Below are positions 1-9,153 of a DNA stretch of 28,739 bases, one piece after another; position 1 is the first letter of the stretch; every line of letters begins with the position of its first letter. Under the pieces are notes generated by a model. That model was not told the origin of the DNA. It searched no databases and worked only from the letters and a program-made list of their open reading frames with translations. The stretch lies in the NCBI GenBank assembly GCA_043811145.1, contig JBDRNN010000261.1, positions 1-28,739 on the forward strand, given 5' to 3'. The position numbers and the translations under genes were made by a program. Source of the DNA: Candidatus Bathyarchaeota archaeon (GTDB lineage: Archaea > Thermoproteota > Bathyarchaeia > Hecatellales > Hecatellaceae).

Positions 1-165
1 GGTGTGGTAAGTCCTGTTTTCTGCTAATTTTTCTATACCACGATGAAGATAACCGATTTGAGGTATTGCATCAACTATAATTTCCCCATCCACCTTAACT
101 TTCAGGTCCCAAAGTCCATGTCCGAAGGGATGCTGAGGACCCATGTTTATCCACATTTCAGGCAT
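1..165 (-). CDS. nuoD: NADH:quinone oxidoreductase / Fpo-like subunit D, 5' part (runs off window edge)
   Basis: Manual translation from ATG at 165: [53 protein letters not shown]. This matches the NuoD N-terminal NMGPQHP...GYLHRG.EKL motif and follows nuoC. Not in the supplied ORF track. Confidence 0.92.
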   Translation of the reverse strand, partial: MPEMWINMGPQHPFGHGLWDLKVKVDGEIIVDAIPQIGYLHRGIEKLAENRTYHT

Positions 166-175
166 CAAGAACACC

Positions 176-622
176 CTATTTTAGCTTGTACTCCTTCCTC
201 AAGGGAAAATACTCCCATCCTGGGGGAGTTAAGATCCTCTCTAAGTTTGGATGGTTTTCAAAAACTATTCCAAAGAGGTCGTATGTTTCACGTTCATGCC
301 AGTTAGCACCACCCCAAAGTGGAGTTACAGAAGCGACCGTGGGGTTTTCTTTAGGAACGTCCATATTCAGAGTAACCGTGCATCTTCTAGAGTAGCTATA
401 GATATGATAGACCAAACTAAAATGATCACCATAGTCTACTCCTGAGATGGAAGAGATATGATTGAAGTGCATCTTCTCTTTAAGGTGATGACATATATCT
501 AAAAGATTCTCAAGTTGAATTTTAACGGTTATGAGCCTAGACTTTACAATGGCTATTTCACTCATCAAATTTGAAAAATTTTTCGTAAATTCTTCCACAA
601 TTTTTTCTTCATTTGATGTCAA
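176..622 (-). CDS. nuoC: NADH:quinone oxidoreductase subunit C
   Basis: SISGVDY and [29 protein letters not shown]...FPLRKEY motifs. Confidence 0.95.
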   Translation of the reverse strand: MTSNEEKIVEEFTKNFSNLMSEIAIVKSRLITVKIQLENLLDICHHLKEKMHFNHISSISGVDYGDHFSLVYHIYSYSRRCTVTLNMDVPKENPTVASVTPLWGGANWHERETYDLFGIVFENHPNLERILTPPGWEYFPLRKEYKLK

Positions 623-645
623 AAACTAATCACACCACTTGACTA

Positions 646-1212
646 TTATCGTATCTCTAAAACCTCTGTTTTTGTTCTCTTAATTTTCTCCTGCAATACT
701 CTGACCGCATATATCTGAGCCTCAGGTCTAGGTGGACAACCGGGTACATATACATCAACTGGGAAGAGCCTATCGACACCTTGAATCACGCTGTAGGAAT
801 CATAAAACGGACCTCCGGCAATTGCGCACGAGCCAAGGGCTATAACATACTTAGGTTCAGGCATCTGCTCGTAAAGTAATTTTATTCGATTCGCCGTTTT
901 TTTTGTAACTGTCCCAGTGACAAACAGAAGGTCACATTGCCGTGGAGATGAGCGCGCTAGAAGACCAAATCTTTCCTGATCAAATCTGGATGCACCCATA
1001 GCAGCCCATTCTATAGAACAACAAGCTAAGCCGATATGCAATGGCCAGAGAGAGTTTCTTCGCCCCCAGTTAAAGAAACGCCCTGCTATCCAGTTAATCA
1101 GGTCTTTAATGAAGGTAACCGTAACAAACCATCTTAGAATTTCTGCTATACGTTCTGAGATGGTGCCTGTGAAAGTTTTCTTCTCTTCAATCCCATGATC
1201 TTCATTTATCAA
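646..1212 (-). CDS. nuoB: NADH:quinone oxidoreductase subunit B
   Basis: [33 protein letters not shown] and [14 protein letters not shown] (N2 cluster ligands). The TTG start overlaps the nuoA stop. Confidence 0.96.
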   Translation of the reverse strand: MINEDHGIEEKKTFTGTISERIAEILRWFVTVTFIKDLINWIAGRFFNWGRRNSLWPLHIGLACCSIEWAAMGASRFDQERFGLLARSSPRQCDLLFVTGTVTKKTANRIKLLYEQMPEPKYVIALGSCAIAGGPFYDSYSVIQGVDRLFPVDVYVPGCPPRPEAQIYAVRVLQEKIKRTKTEVLEIR

Positions 1213-1574
1213 ACCCAGATCTTAGCCTCCTTTTTGAGCGCATAGGATAAACCTGTAACGAGAATCCCGACAAAGATAGCCATTTGAAGTTTAGCTATGA
1301 CAGTCAGGCTGGGGAGAGACACCGCCCATATTAACAGGAAAATAGAGACAACATCAAAAACAACGAATATTATAGCGAACATATAATATTGAAACCTAAA
1401 TTGGATCATAGCTTCTCCTTCGGGAATTTCCCCACACTCATAAGTGCTGAGCTTCTTCGGATTAGGCTTGAAGGGAGAAAGCCATCTAGAAACCAATATG
1501 ACCAGAACCACACCCACTATTGCTATAATGAATAGAAGAGCTACTGGCAGATAGCTTGCAAATACGGAAACCAA
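1209..1574 (-). CDS. nuoA: NADH:quinone oxidoreductase subunit A
   Basis: Three TM helices, [11 protein letters not shown] loop, [14 protein letters not shown]. Confidence 0.95.
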   Translation of the reverse strand: MVSVFASYLPVALLFIIAIVGVVLVILVSRWLSPFKPNPKKLSTYECGEIPEGEAMIQFRFQYYMFAIIFVVFDVVSIFLLIWAVSLPSLTVIAKLQMAIFVGILVTGLSYALKKEAKIWV

Positions 1575-1761
1575 TTTTGACCCCCTTTTTAGAATTTGAA
1601 ACCGACCGTTAGTTTCACATTCTAACTTTTGTAAAAATGAATGTTTTGAAGATTTTTAAAAGCTTTCTTTCATTACAAATTCTCAGAAGGCTTTAAAAAA
1701 CCTAATTGAAACTGAAAAGAGAGATTGAAAAACAGTAGAAGCATTGCCTTGTAAGCTACAC

Positions 1762-2985
1762 TTAACTGGATGATGGAATAGCTCCTGTTAGTTCTGCGAA
1801 CAGATCAATCAAGTCCTTCAATTTCAATTTAGTGTTAATAGCTTTTATAGCGTCATTAAAGTTTACAACACAGAAAGGACATGATGTGGTTAACATAGAT
1901 GCTTTCGTAGCTATTGCTTCATCTACACGTCTCTTAGCGATGTTAAGAGCTAAGTCAGGTACACCTGATTTCAGCCCTCCACCAGCGCCACAACACCTAG
2001 AGTTTGACCGATTATTTTCCATTTCAATAAAACCTTTAATCGGTAAATTTTCAAGAATTTTCCTAGGTTCTTCGAATACGCCTACATGCCGACCTAAATG
2101 ACACGGATCGTGATAAGTTAAAACATCATCCAACTTCTTGACATATTTAACACGCCCGCTGTCAATTAATTCAGCTATAAATTGTGTTGCATGAACCATT
2201 TCGAAGGGCAAACGCTTACCGTAAAATCTAGGCCAATCTATAGTACCAGTTCTGAAGCAGCCTGCACAAGGAGTGACAACTCTCTGAACCCCCCTTGCAG
2301 CGAAACTTTCAACATTATGTACTATTGTATCTTTAGCGATGTCAAGAAGACCAGTTCTAATCAATGGAGAACAGCAACAATACTCTTCAGGACCCAAATA
2401 AGTAAATTTTACATTAAATTTATCCAGAATTTTAGCGAAATTAACTGCAAACCACTTTGTTTTATATGAAGAGGTACACCCAGCGAAAAACCCGATTTCA
2501 GCTTTGTCAACAGGTTTAATGTCTGGTGGCAACCAGTTGGGTCTGTTTTCCGGTAGCTCATCATAAGGGTTATGTTTTACCTTAATCCTAGGAGTGAACC
2601 CCGCATGCCTAGGAAGCGGCCCCTTCCCTAGTTTAACAAGCTCAGCTCGGAAAGCTTCCCATAACTCGATAGTGTCGATCCTTGCTTCACATACCTCTTT
2701 ACAAATTCCGCATACAGAACATTGGTACGAGTAATCCACTAGATTGCTTAAAATTTCATCGGCTTTTTTACGTTTGGGCCCAAAAAGCATTGCTGAGGGA
2801 CCGTACATCGCATTTGCATACGATTTTATCAGTCGGATACGCCCTCTGGCTGAGTTGTACTCGTTACCTGTCTCAGTGGTAGCGGGGCATACGGTTACAC
2901 ATTCACCGCACCTTGTACAGGCATCTAGCTCCATAAGTTGCGTTCGTGAGAGATGATAGGGGGAAAGTTTTCTAGTACTAAACAT
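1762..2985 (-). CDS. HdrD/GlcF-like Fe-S oxidoreductase (2x[4Fe-4S] plus two CCG domains)
   Basis: CTRCGECVTVCP and CSVCGICKEVC ferredoxin motifs. CCG motifs: FAGCT, EYCCCSP, TPCAGC, YHDPCHLGR, RCCGAGGG, TSCPFC. Confidence 0.9.
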   Translation of the reverse strand: MFSTRKLSPYHLSRTQLMELDACTRCGECVTVCPATTETGNEYNSARGRIRLIKSYANAMYGPSAMLFGPKRKKADEILSNLVDYSYQCSVCGICKEVCEARIDTIELWEAFRAELVKLGKGPLPRHAGFTPRIKVKHNPYDELPENRPNWLPPDIKPVDKAEIGFFAGCTSSYKTKWFAVNFAKILDKFNVKFTYLGPEEYCCCSPLIRTGLLDIAKDTIVHNVESFAARGVQRVVTPCAGCFRTGTIDWPRFYGKRLPFEMVHATQFIAELIDSGRVKYVKKLDDVLTYHDPCHLGRHVGVFEEPRKILENLPIKGFIEMENNRSNSRCCGAGGGLKSGVPDLALNIAKRRVDEAIATKASMLTTSCPFCVVNFNDAIKAINTKLKLKDLIDLFAELTGAIPSSS

Positions 2986-2994
2986 AAACCCGAT

Positions 2995-3741
2995 TCACCT
3001 CGCTAAGGGAACCTCAATGTAAGGTTCGGTTTTTATTTCATAAACCCATAATATCAGTGCTTTAGCAAACATGTGCATAAATTTACTGAAGGGTAGATAT
3101 GCCACAAGGGAGAAGGAGATAAGAGCGTGAACCAGATAGAGCGCTGAGTATAGGCTGGGGTCTATAATTGTCCATCGGCTCATCTCCACGAGGAAACCTG
3201 TACCTAAGCTAGCTAAAATCCAGGATGGAAAGGTAACATCGAATTCGACTGTGGTTGATCTAACCTTACCAATAACCGCCCTCCTGACTAAAGCGATGGT
3301 GCATCCTACCGCAACCATCATGCCGAAGAAGTCTAGGAGTATTTCTATAAACTCGGTAACTGTGAGAGTGGGAATTAGGTGAAGAGCAACAGCAGCGGGA
3401 GTTACTCCCAATAACACAGGTATCAAGGGGAGGGACGGAGGAACAAAAAACTCGAAATAGAAGAGAGCAAAATCCATGCTTACAAGACCAATTATTCCCC
3501 AAAAAATTAGCAGATGTACGACCCATCTAAAGTAGCTACGTAAATAAATCTGCCTCATCAAAAAGAGATCGACAATTAGAACTTTTAATAGAAGATAAAT
3601 TGCCTTAGGAAGGGAGACTTTAGTTCGACGATTTGTCTCAGGTGAAATACCACTACTCCACCGATAGAGGTTGAGAAGTATCCCTAGCGTTAAGACGGTT
3701 ATGGATGTAGTGCAAAGGTATATTACGTACCACGGAGCCAA
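2995..3741 (-). CDS. NarI/HdrE/DsrM-like membrane b-type cytochrome subunit
   Basis: About five TM helices with His in RWVVHLLIFWG, LVHAL and PFSKFMHMF. Lies 9 bp upstream of the HdrD-like gene. SD-like GAGGTTGGTG precedes the TTG. Confidence 0.85.
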   Translation of the reverse strand: MAPWYVIYLCTTSITVLTLGILLNLYRWSSGISPETNRRTKVSLPKAIYLLLKVLIVDLFLMRQIYLRSYFRWVVHLLIFWGIIGLVSMDFALFYFEFFVPPSLPLIPVLLGVTPAAVALHLIPTLTVTEFIEILLDFFGMMVAVGCTIALVRRAVIGKVRSTTVEFDVTFPSWILASLGTGFLVEMSRWTIIDPSLYSALYLVHALISFSLVAYLPFSKFMHMFAKALILWVYEIKTEPYIEVPLAR

Positions 3742-3806
3742 AGGACACCAACCTCGTCAAGATATTTACTCACAGTCTTAAAAATATATCATCAAACAAA
3801 GACTAT

Positions 3807-3821
3807 TATAACATTGTTATA
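3807..3821. promoter_or_regulatory. Palindrome TATAACA-T-TGTTATA in the promoter region of the HdrE-like gene
   Basis: Perfect 7-bp arms 66 bp upstream of the start codon. The DNA is AT-rich, so it could be chance. Confidence 0.3.
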
Positions 3822-3947
3822 TTCATAAATGATACTACGTACAATTAACATTACGGTTAGGCTTGCTCAAGAAAAACATCATTAACTTTTGACTGCAAAT
3901 ACCCCGATGCTTTAAGCTTATTGAAGTCAATCTCTTAGAATTGGAAT

Positions 3948-3974
3948 TTCAATATTTTGGGTAGCCAACATTTA
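3948..3974 (+). repeat. att-like direct repeat, left copy: TTCAATATTTTGGGTAGccAACATTTA
   Basis: 17-bp exact match and 25/27 overall match to 12433-12459. Confidence 0.9.
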
Positions 3975-3979
3975 GCTAA

Positions 3980-3997
3980 CACAATGTTTTAGAACTT
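3980..3997 (+). repeat. Internal inverted arm CACAATGTTTTAgAAcTT (pairs with 12411-12428)
   Basis: 3980-3991 is the exact reverse complement of 12417-12428. The match is 16/18 over the extended arm. Confidence 0.85.
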
Positions 3998-4142
3998 TTT
4001 ATGACAGAAAACGTCGGAATCAAAGTGACAACCCCCTGGGGGTGCTGAGATGGGAGGCGATCATTATGACATGAATCCGGTGGAGGATTCTCAGAATAAA
4101 AATATGTGTAACAAAAGTTACATTAGATAAAAAAGGGGAAGT

Positions 4143-5015
4143 TTAGAGCTCCTTTTTGAAACTGACTGCCGTTGCTACTCCGCCCAGAACTAACATGACT
4201 ATGCCTGCTATCATCAGCAGGGATATGTTGAAGGGTGAAGGCAATGGTGGCGATGTGAAGTTGTCGTTGGTGGTTGTGAAGAAGCTGAGTTTCAGGAAGT
4301 TTTCTCCGCTGACCCACTGCATGTAGCCGTAGACACGCCAGTCACCATCATTGGGTATAGTGTAGGATTTTGTCCAGTGGCTGTCTGTGTCTTTTGTGAG
4401 AGTCACGGTTGTCAGGGGTTCAAAGGTCTGCGCATTTTCAATATCCACATATACCTGAGCTATGTCCTGGGGATCTCGGGTGGCGACGAACTCAAAGTTG
4501 ATGTTTAACGTGTTCAGCTTGATTACCTGATCCGCAGAGGTCACGTCTATGCCGTTGACTCTGAAGTAGCCGTCAGGCTGCCCGGTTATGGCGTAGGTTG
4601 TATGTTCAAGGATGTTGGCTGGAGTCCAGCCGTCCCGGATAACCCAGTTGAATTGGTACAGGACACCGTTCCCGTTGGGAATTGTCCACTGCCATGAGTA
4701 AGTTTGGCTTCCATCCGGGTTAGTTGGCCAAGAAGATTTGGATGGTGTTGAGCTGTATCCAGTGGATGTTATTGTTAGGTCCGCACCTGCACCATGAACG
4801 TCATAAACCGTGATTGAGAGCTGTATCTCTGACCCAGCGTGAATGAGGTTAGCCGTGTTCGGGTCTGTGGAGTCGGGATAGATGGAGCGGATTTCAGGCG
4901 GAGTCGAATCTATTGATAACATGGACTGTGCTGGTGTGCTTGCGTCTGCTGCAAGAAGAACTGATCCGACAAGCAGCATGAGTACTCCTGCAAAAAAAAG
5001 TTGCTTAGATTTCAA
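4143..5015 (-). CDS. Hypothetical secreted protein with N-terminal signal peptide and C-terminal Pro-rich/TM/basic anchor
   Basis: Hydrophobic N-terminus (LFFAGVLMLLVGSVLLAADA), Thr/Asp-rich beta-type body and PPLPSP-TM-KK tail. GC-richer than the backbone. SD-like AGGTAA upstream. Confidence 0.8.
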   Translation of the reverse strand: MKSKQLFFAGVLMLLVGSVLLAADASTPAQSMLSIDSTPPEIRSIYPDSTDPNTANLIHAGSEIQLSITVYDVHGAGADLTITSTGYSSTPSKSSWPTNPDGSQTYSWQWTIPNGNGVLYQFNWVIRDGWTPANILEHTTYAITGQPDGYFRVNGIDVTSADQVIKLNTLNINFEFVATRDPQDIAQVYVDIENAQTFEPLTTVTLTKDTDSHWTKSYTIPNDGDWRVYGYMQWVSGENFLKLSFFTTTNDNFTSPPLPSPFNISLLMIAGIVMLVLGGVATAVSFKKEL

Positions 5016-5205
5016 GTTGATTACCTACAATAAAAATGGTTGCCAAATTATATTGCACCCAAAATTATAACAGCAAAAGCTACGAGGCCTTATTGGAAGG
5101 GCAAGAGGAAGCAGAACATAAAAACAGGAACAGTCTAAAGAAAAAACAATTACGATAGTACGGGATAAGGACGGGTAGTTAAATAATAAGTACCAAGTTT
5201 CTGTC

Positions 5206-5241
5206 GTGTGTGTGCATACCGAGGTACCCACACACACTTTT
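5206..5241. terminator. Stem-loop GTGTGTGTG...CACACACAC followed by a T-run
   Basis: 9-bp perfect arms (5206-5214 / 5229-5237) with an inner TACC/GGTA pair, then TTTT. Function unproven. Confidence 0.35.
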
Positions 5242-5267
5242 ATAACGATAGGTTCTTTATCTCGCAG

Positions 5268-5319
5268 AAAAGTTAAAAAATAACTTTTTATAGTTTTTAT
5301 CCTTTTTACGCAGTAATTT
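5268..5319 (+). repeat. Conserved non-coding site, copy A (AAGTT-N7-AACTT core plus TTAC-N3-GTAA box)
   Basis: 39/52 ungapped identity with 9377-9428 and identical spacing of two palindromic modules. Confidence 0.6.
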
Positions 5320-5355
5320 TGAAAGATTAAATTCCTGAAGAGGACAGATATTTGT

Positions 5356-6018
5356 ATGCGTGTTGTTGTTTCTTGGAGTGGCGGTAAGGAGAGCGGTCTC
5401 GCCTGCTATGAAGCCATCCATAAAGGTTTTGAAGTTGCCTATCTTTTGAATATGATAACTGAAGACGCAAAGGTATCTATGACTCACGGGATAAGTTCAA
5501 AATTACTCCATACACAATCGCAGGCTATAGGGATCCCGATAGTTCAAAGGAGCACAACCTGGAATACCTACGAAAAAGAATTCAAGAAGGCAGTATCTGA
5601 ACTAAAGCAGCAGAATGTAGAAGGTGTGGTTTTCGGAGATATCGACCTTCCGGAACACAGAAGTTGGAATGAGAGGGTTTGCAATGAGTTAAATGTTAAA
5701 CCCATTTTACCTTTATGGGAACAGAAACGTGAGCAAATACTCAACGGTTTTATAGATAAAGGATTTGAAGCACTCATAGTTAGCGCCAAAGCTGATTTAT
5801 TCGAGAATGAATGGGTTGGACATAAAATAGACAGAAACCTCATGGAATATTTACACGAACACAAGATTGACCTATGCGGCGAGTCAGGAGAATACCATAC
5901 ATTTGTTACCAACGGCCCGATATTTAGAAAACGCATAAAAATACTTGAGAGCAGAAAGATCATTAGGGACGGGTACGGGTTTCTGGATATTTTAAGATAC
6001 GAAATTCATGAGAAATAA
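5356..6018 (+). CDS. Diphthine-ammonia ligase (Dph6)-like PP-loop ATPase
   Basis: SWSGGKES PP-loop, VVFGDI and DLCGESGEYHTFVTNGPIF. Confidence 0.88.
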   Translation: MRVVVSWSGGKESGLACYEAIHKGFEVAYLLNMITEDAKVSMTHGISSKLLHTQSQAIGIPIVQRSTTWNTYEKEFKKAVSELKQQNVEGVVFGDIDLPEHRSWNERVCNELNVKPILPLWEQKREQILNGFIDKGFEALIVSAKADLFENEWVGHKIDRNLMEYLHEHKIDLCGESGEYHTFVTNGPIFRKRIKILESRKIIRDGYGFLDILRYEIHEK

Positions 6019-6152
6019 TCTAGCATTGTGCGTGTTACAGCAATGGTGCAGCCACCGAGATTTAAAACGGAAAGATCCAATTATTAACAATAAAGATCAT
6101 GAATGGTTCTTAACCGATACAGGCAAAGAAGTACCTTAAACACGGAACAGCA

Positions 6153-6840
6153 TCATGCAGCCGACAGGATAATAACTGAAACATTGAAAAAACTGTGAGC
6201 CATAACAGCAATGAGCACGCTTCCCTTGGTGTCGGAGATGCCGTCGTATTTTGGTAGTTTGTATGCGAGGAAATACCAGAGGATCCCCACGGCAAAGGCC
6301 ATGATTACGTAGAGTGGACTGAAGCCGGATAATGATGGTGTGGAAGACTGCCCAGATTCCGATGGAGGTGCCGGCTGCGATAAATTCGTTTTTTGTCCGC
6401 ACCAGCAGTGCGAGGATCATGCTGATTTTTAGGAATTCTTCAGCCGGAGCAACGAGGACCAGCTGCATGAGGCTTTCGCCCATGATTTGTGAGCCGAATG
6501 CGGCGATGCCGAACTGCGGAACATATAATAAACTGTTCACTGGGAAGACTAGGCCTGAGACGGCGACGTTTATCCAAGATATGAAGAAGGCACCAGCCAC
6601 ACCCAGTCCAGCATAAACCCAGTTGATTGTCGGCATGTTTCCTAGAAAAGATGGAATAGAATCGGTGGAGTCTTTCATGAAGACATGGAAGGCGATTACA
6701 GCTAGAACGCTGAACATCAACATGATGCTGAAGCTGACAACCACAGAGAACTGGCTGAACTGAAAATAGAACAACAGCAGAAACGAAATTACGTAAGGGA
6801 TGAAACAGAGAAAAACTGTTATGTCTGTAGCTGGTCGCAT
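6153..6840 (-). pseudogene. CPBP (CAAX/Abi) family intramembrane glutamic endopeptidase with a single-base frameshift near 6330
   Basis: APAEEFLK and IWAVFH motifs lie in one frame. After a one-base shift the frame reads SGFSPLYVIMAFAVGILW...SVLIAVMAHSFFNVSVIILSAA-stop (6153-6155), supplying the CPBP HxxxN motif. Confidence 0.8.
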
Positions 6841-6928
6841 TGTTAGTCAAATAAAAAATACTGTTGCTCAGTTCTACGACCAAGCTCTAAGCAGTTTTTA
6901 TATAGAAATGATGCATGTTCAGGAAAAT

Positions 6929-7135
6929 ATGGCCGACACCAGCCAAAGAAACGCCCGAGAAAACAATAATGCAGAAGATGAGATTGATGATGCGTTGAGA
7001 TGGCTTATCGCCTACACTCCGGACAGTTCTGGCAAATATGCGGAATGTCTTGAAAAGTTGCAGAAAAAAATCAGAGAGCTGAAAAAGCGGATCATAGATT
7101 TGGAAAGAAAGTCTGCTCCGCAATCAAATGAATAA
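6929..7135 (+). CDS. Small hypothetical protein with a C-terminal coiled coil
   Basis: The ATG at 6929 lies about 30 bp after a TTTATATA box and avoids overlap with the CPBP gene. Heptad-like LEKLQKKIRELKKRIIDLE. Confidence 0.5.
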   Translation: MADTSQRNARENNNAEDEIDDALRWLIAYTPDSSGKYAECLEKLQKKIRELKKRIIDLERKSAPQSNE

Positions 7136-7271
7136 ATTACAACGTTTTTTTGAAAAAATGTATAACCATAAAAAAGATGACGACTGGTAGCCTACCCAGC
7201 TAGTTTACGTATATTATCAGCAATTTTATCGATAACTTTAAAAATAAAAGATAGGGGAGGTTTATCTTCCT

Positions 7272-7499
7272 TTACCATGTGGGACTGACTGTCCTTCCAT
7301 GGGTTGTTGAAACCGTCCAGTGGGAGATGTCGACAGAGTTTGAGCTTGGGTTGTAAAGTTCAACCTACTCATTTCCAGAGTCAGTGCCACTCGGATTTTG
7401 CTCAACTTCAACCTTAAACTGCGACCCATTAAACTTAAAAATATAAGAATTAGAGTTCTGTAAAGCTGTTGCTAGATTAATCTGACTGGTAAAATTCGT
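7272..7499 (-). pseudogene. Lamin-tail-domain (LTD) protein remnant
   Basis: Manual translation EVEQNPSGTDSGNE*VELYNPSSNSVDISHWTVSTTHG matches the LTD NE...P....EWVELYN...VD.SGW pattern. TAG replaces the Trp codon at 7365-7367. Confidence 0.75.
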
Positions 7500-7542
7500 C
7501 TACTTTAAGAACAGTTAGGTATGGGATAGAATAGGGCTTAAC

Positions 7543-8469
7543 TTGCAAGAGATACCAATTACATTTTGGATAGCATTCCATGTTATAGTTGCTTTATTAC
7601 TCTTTATAGATCTGTCATATCATGGAAGAGCTTCTAAACTTAACTTTCGGCGAGATGTTATTTGGAGCATTATCTGGATAGCTGCAGGATTAGCATTTGG
7701 AGTTTTTATCTTTTGGTACTTCGGCTATAGAGGAGGTTTAGAATATTTTACAGCTTATATTGTAGAAAAATCGCTAAGCGTCGATAATCTTTTTGTTTTC
7801 ATAGTGATATTCAATTATTTTGCAGTTCCATTTGTTCACCAGCATAAAACTTTATTTTTAGGGATTCTTGGTGCCATGATTTTCAGGAGCATTTTTATAT
7901 TTGCAGGAATAGCTCTTTTGGGACAATTTAACTGGATGATTTACGTTTTTGGCGCTGTTTTATTGTATTCTGGATATGCGCTAGCTCGAGGTAAGATGGA
8001 GCGGGTTGATCCTGAAAAGAATAGGATAGTTAAGATTGCTAGAAGATTCCTTCCGATATCGTCTCAGTATGTTGGTGGCAAGTTCACATCTAAAAAGAGT
8101 GGAAAAATCATATTCACTCCTTTGATTCTAGCTCTGCTTGCAATAGAGACAACTGACATATTGTTTGCATTTGATTCAATTCCAGCAGTTTTGGCAATAA
8201 CTCAGGAATTTTACATAGCGTACACTTCAAATATAATGGCGATATTAGGCTTGAGAGCCCTATATTTTGTTCTTGCAAATGCTTTGCGTAGACTTGTTTA
8301 CCTAAGTAAAGGCTTAGCGATAGTTCTCTCATATTTAGGCTTTAAATTCATAGTATCTGCTTTTGGAATAGAGATACCCACTTTGCTCTCATTATTTGTT
8401 GTTTCAGGCATTGTTCTAATCTGCATATTGGCTTCTATATTTAAAGAGGTCCGTCACAGTCGTATATGA
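7543..8469 (+). CDS. TerC/Alx family metal-homeostasis membrane protein
   Basis: YIVEKSLSVDNLFVF, GILGAMIFR, IETTDILFAFDSIPAVLAIT and YTSNIMAILGLRALYF. Confidence 0.93.
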   Translation: MQEIPITFWIAFHVIVALLLFIDLSYHGRASKLNFRRDVIWSIIWIAAGLAFGVFIFWYFGYRGGLEYFTAYIVEKSLSVDNLFVFIVIFNYFAVPFVHQHKTLFLGILGAMIFRSIFIFAGIALLGQFNWMIYVFGAVLLYSGYALARGKMERVDPEKNRIVKIARRFLPISSQYVGGKFTSKKSGKIIFTPLILALLAIETTDILFAFDSIPAVLAITQEFYIAYTSNIMAILGLRALYFVLANALRRLVYLSKGLAIVLSYLGFKFIVSAFGIEIPTLLSLFVVSGIVLICILASIFKEVRHSRI

Positions 8470-8613
8470 GAAAAACTAAAGGTCACACCTATTTTATAAA
8501 CCCAATAAAATTTCTTCCTTACTTTAAAAACTACATAATGCAATATGCAGAACTATGAAAAAAGTTTAAGATCTGGCTCCGTTATCTACATGTCCTAAGA
8601 GTAGAGTAAAACA

Positions 8614-9075
8614 TTGAGTTTTGTTGAACTAATTCAAGTTACATTGGCGCCTGTTGTACTTATCACAGCGGTTGCTTTAATAAACATCTCACAATACGCC
8701 CGATACGGACGTATCCATGACAGGATAAGACAACTTCTTAAAGATGTTGAAAAAATAAATCTCGCTAAGATCTCTGAAGAGATACGAAACAAAAAGATTG
8801 CCGTCTCAAAGGATCAGCTAAGAATTTTTTTGGAAAGAGCTAGACTTGCTAAATGGTCATTAGTTTTAATGCAGCTTTCGTTAGTAGCTTCTGCGATAGA
8901 TGCCATCTTAATTTTTATTAATGTTGCAGTGCTTGTAGAGCTAGGTTTTGTTATAATCATAATATTTGGGTTTAGTGTTTTGCTAATTTTAATCGGAGCT
9001 ATTTTAGCAGCATTTGAAATATACAAATCATTAAAAGGGTTACATCTGGAAATTGAAGCAGTCATTAAGAGCTAG
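8614..9075 (+). CDS. DUF2721-like membrane protein
   Basis: IQVTLAPVVLI...RYGRIHDRIRQL followed by two TM helices. Confidence 0.7.
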   Translation: MSFVELIQVTLAPVVLITAVALINISQYARYGRIHDRIRQLLKDVEKINLAKISEEIRNKKIAVSKDQLRIFLERARLAKWSLVLMQLSLVASAIDAILIFINVAVLVELGFVIIIIFGFSVLLILIGAILAAFEIYKSLKGLHLEIEAVIKS

Positions 9076-9153
9076 CTTCTTTTAGTTTAAAGTTTAAGTT
9101 AAGGAATTTAGTAATATATTCTGGAGGCTAACCTTTGTCTAAGATGTTTGCAA

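Noticed and set aside
4031-4122. Small palindromes ACCCCC-T-GGGGGT (4031-4043) and TGTAAC-AAAA-GTTACA (4107-4122)
   Set aside because: Single short copies with no context that assigns a function
5041-5070. Inverted partial look-alike of the att core (TTATAATTTTGGGTGC on the minus strand)
   Set aside because: Only about 10/12 match in AT-rich DNA, the spacer differs and the arms are missing
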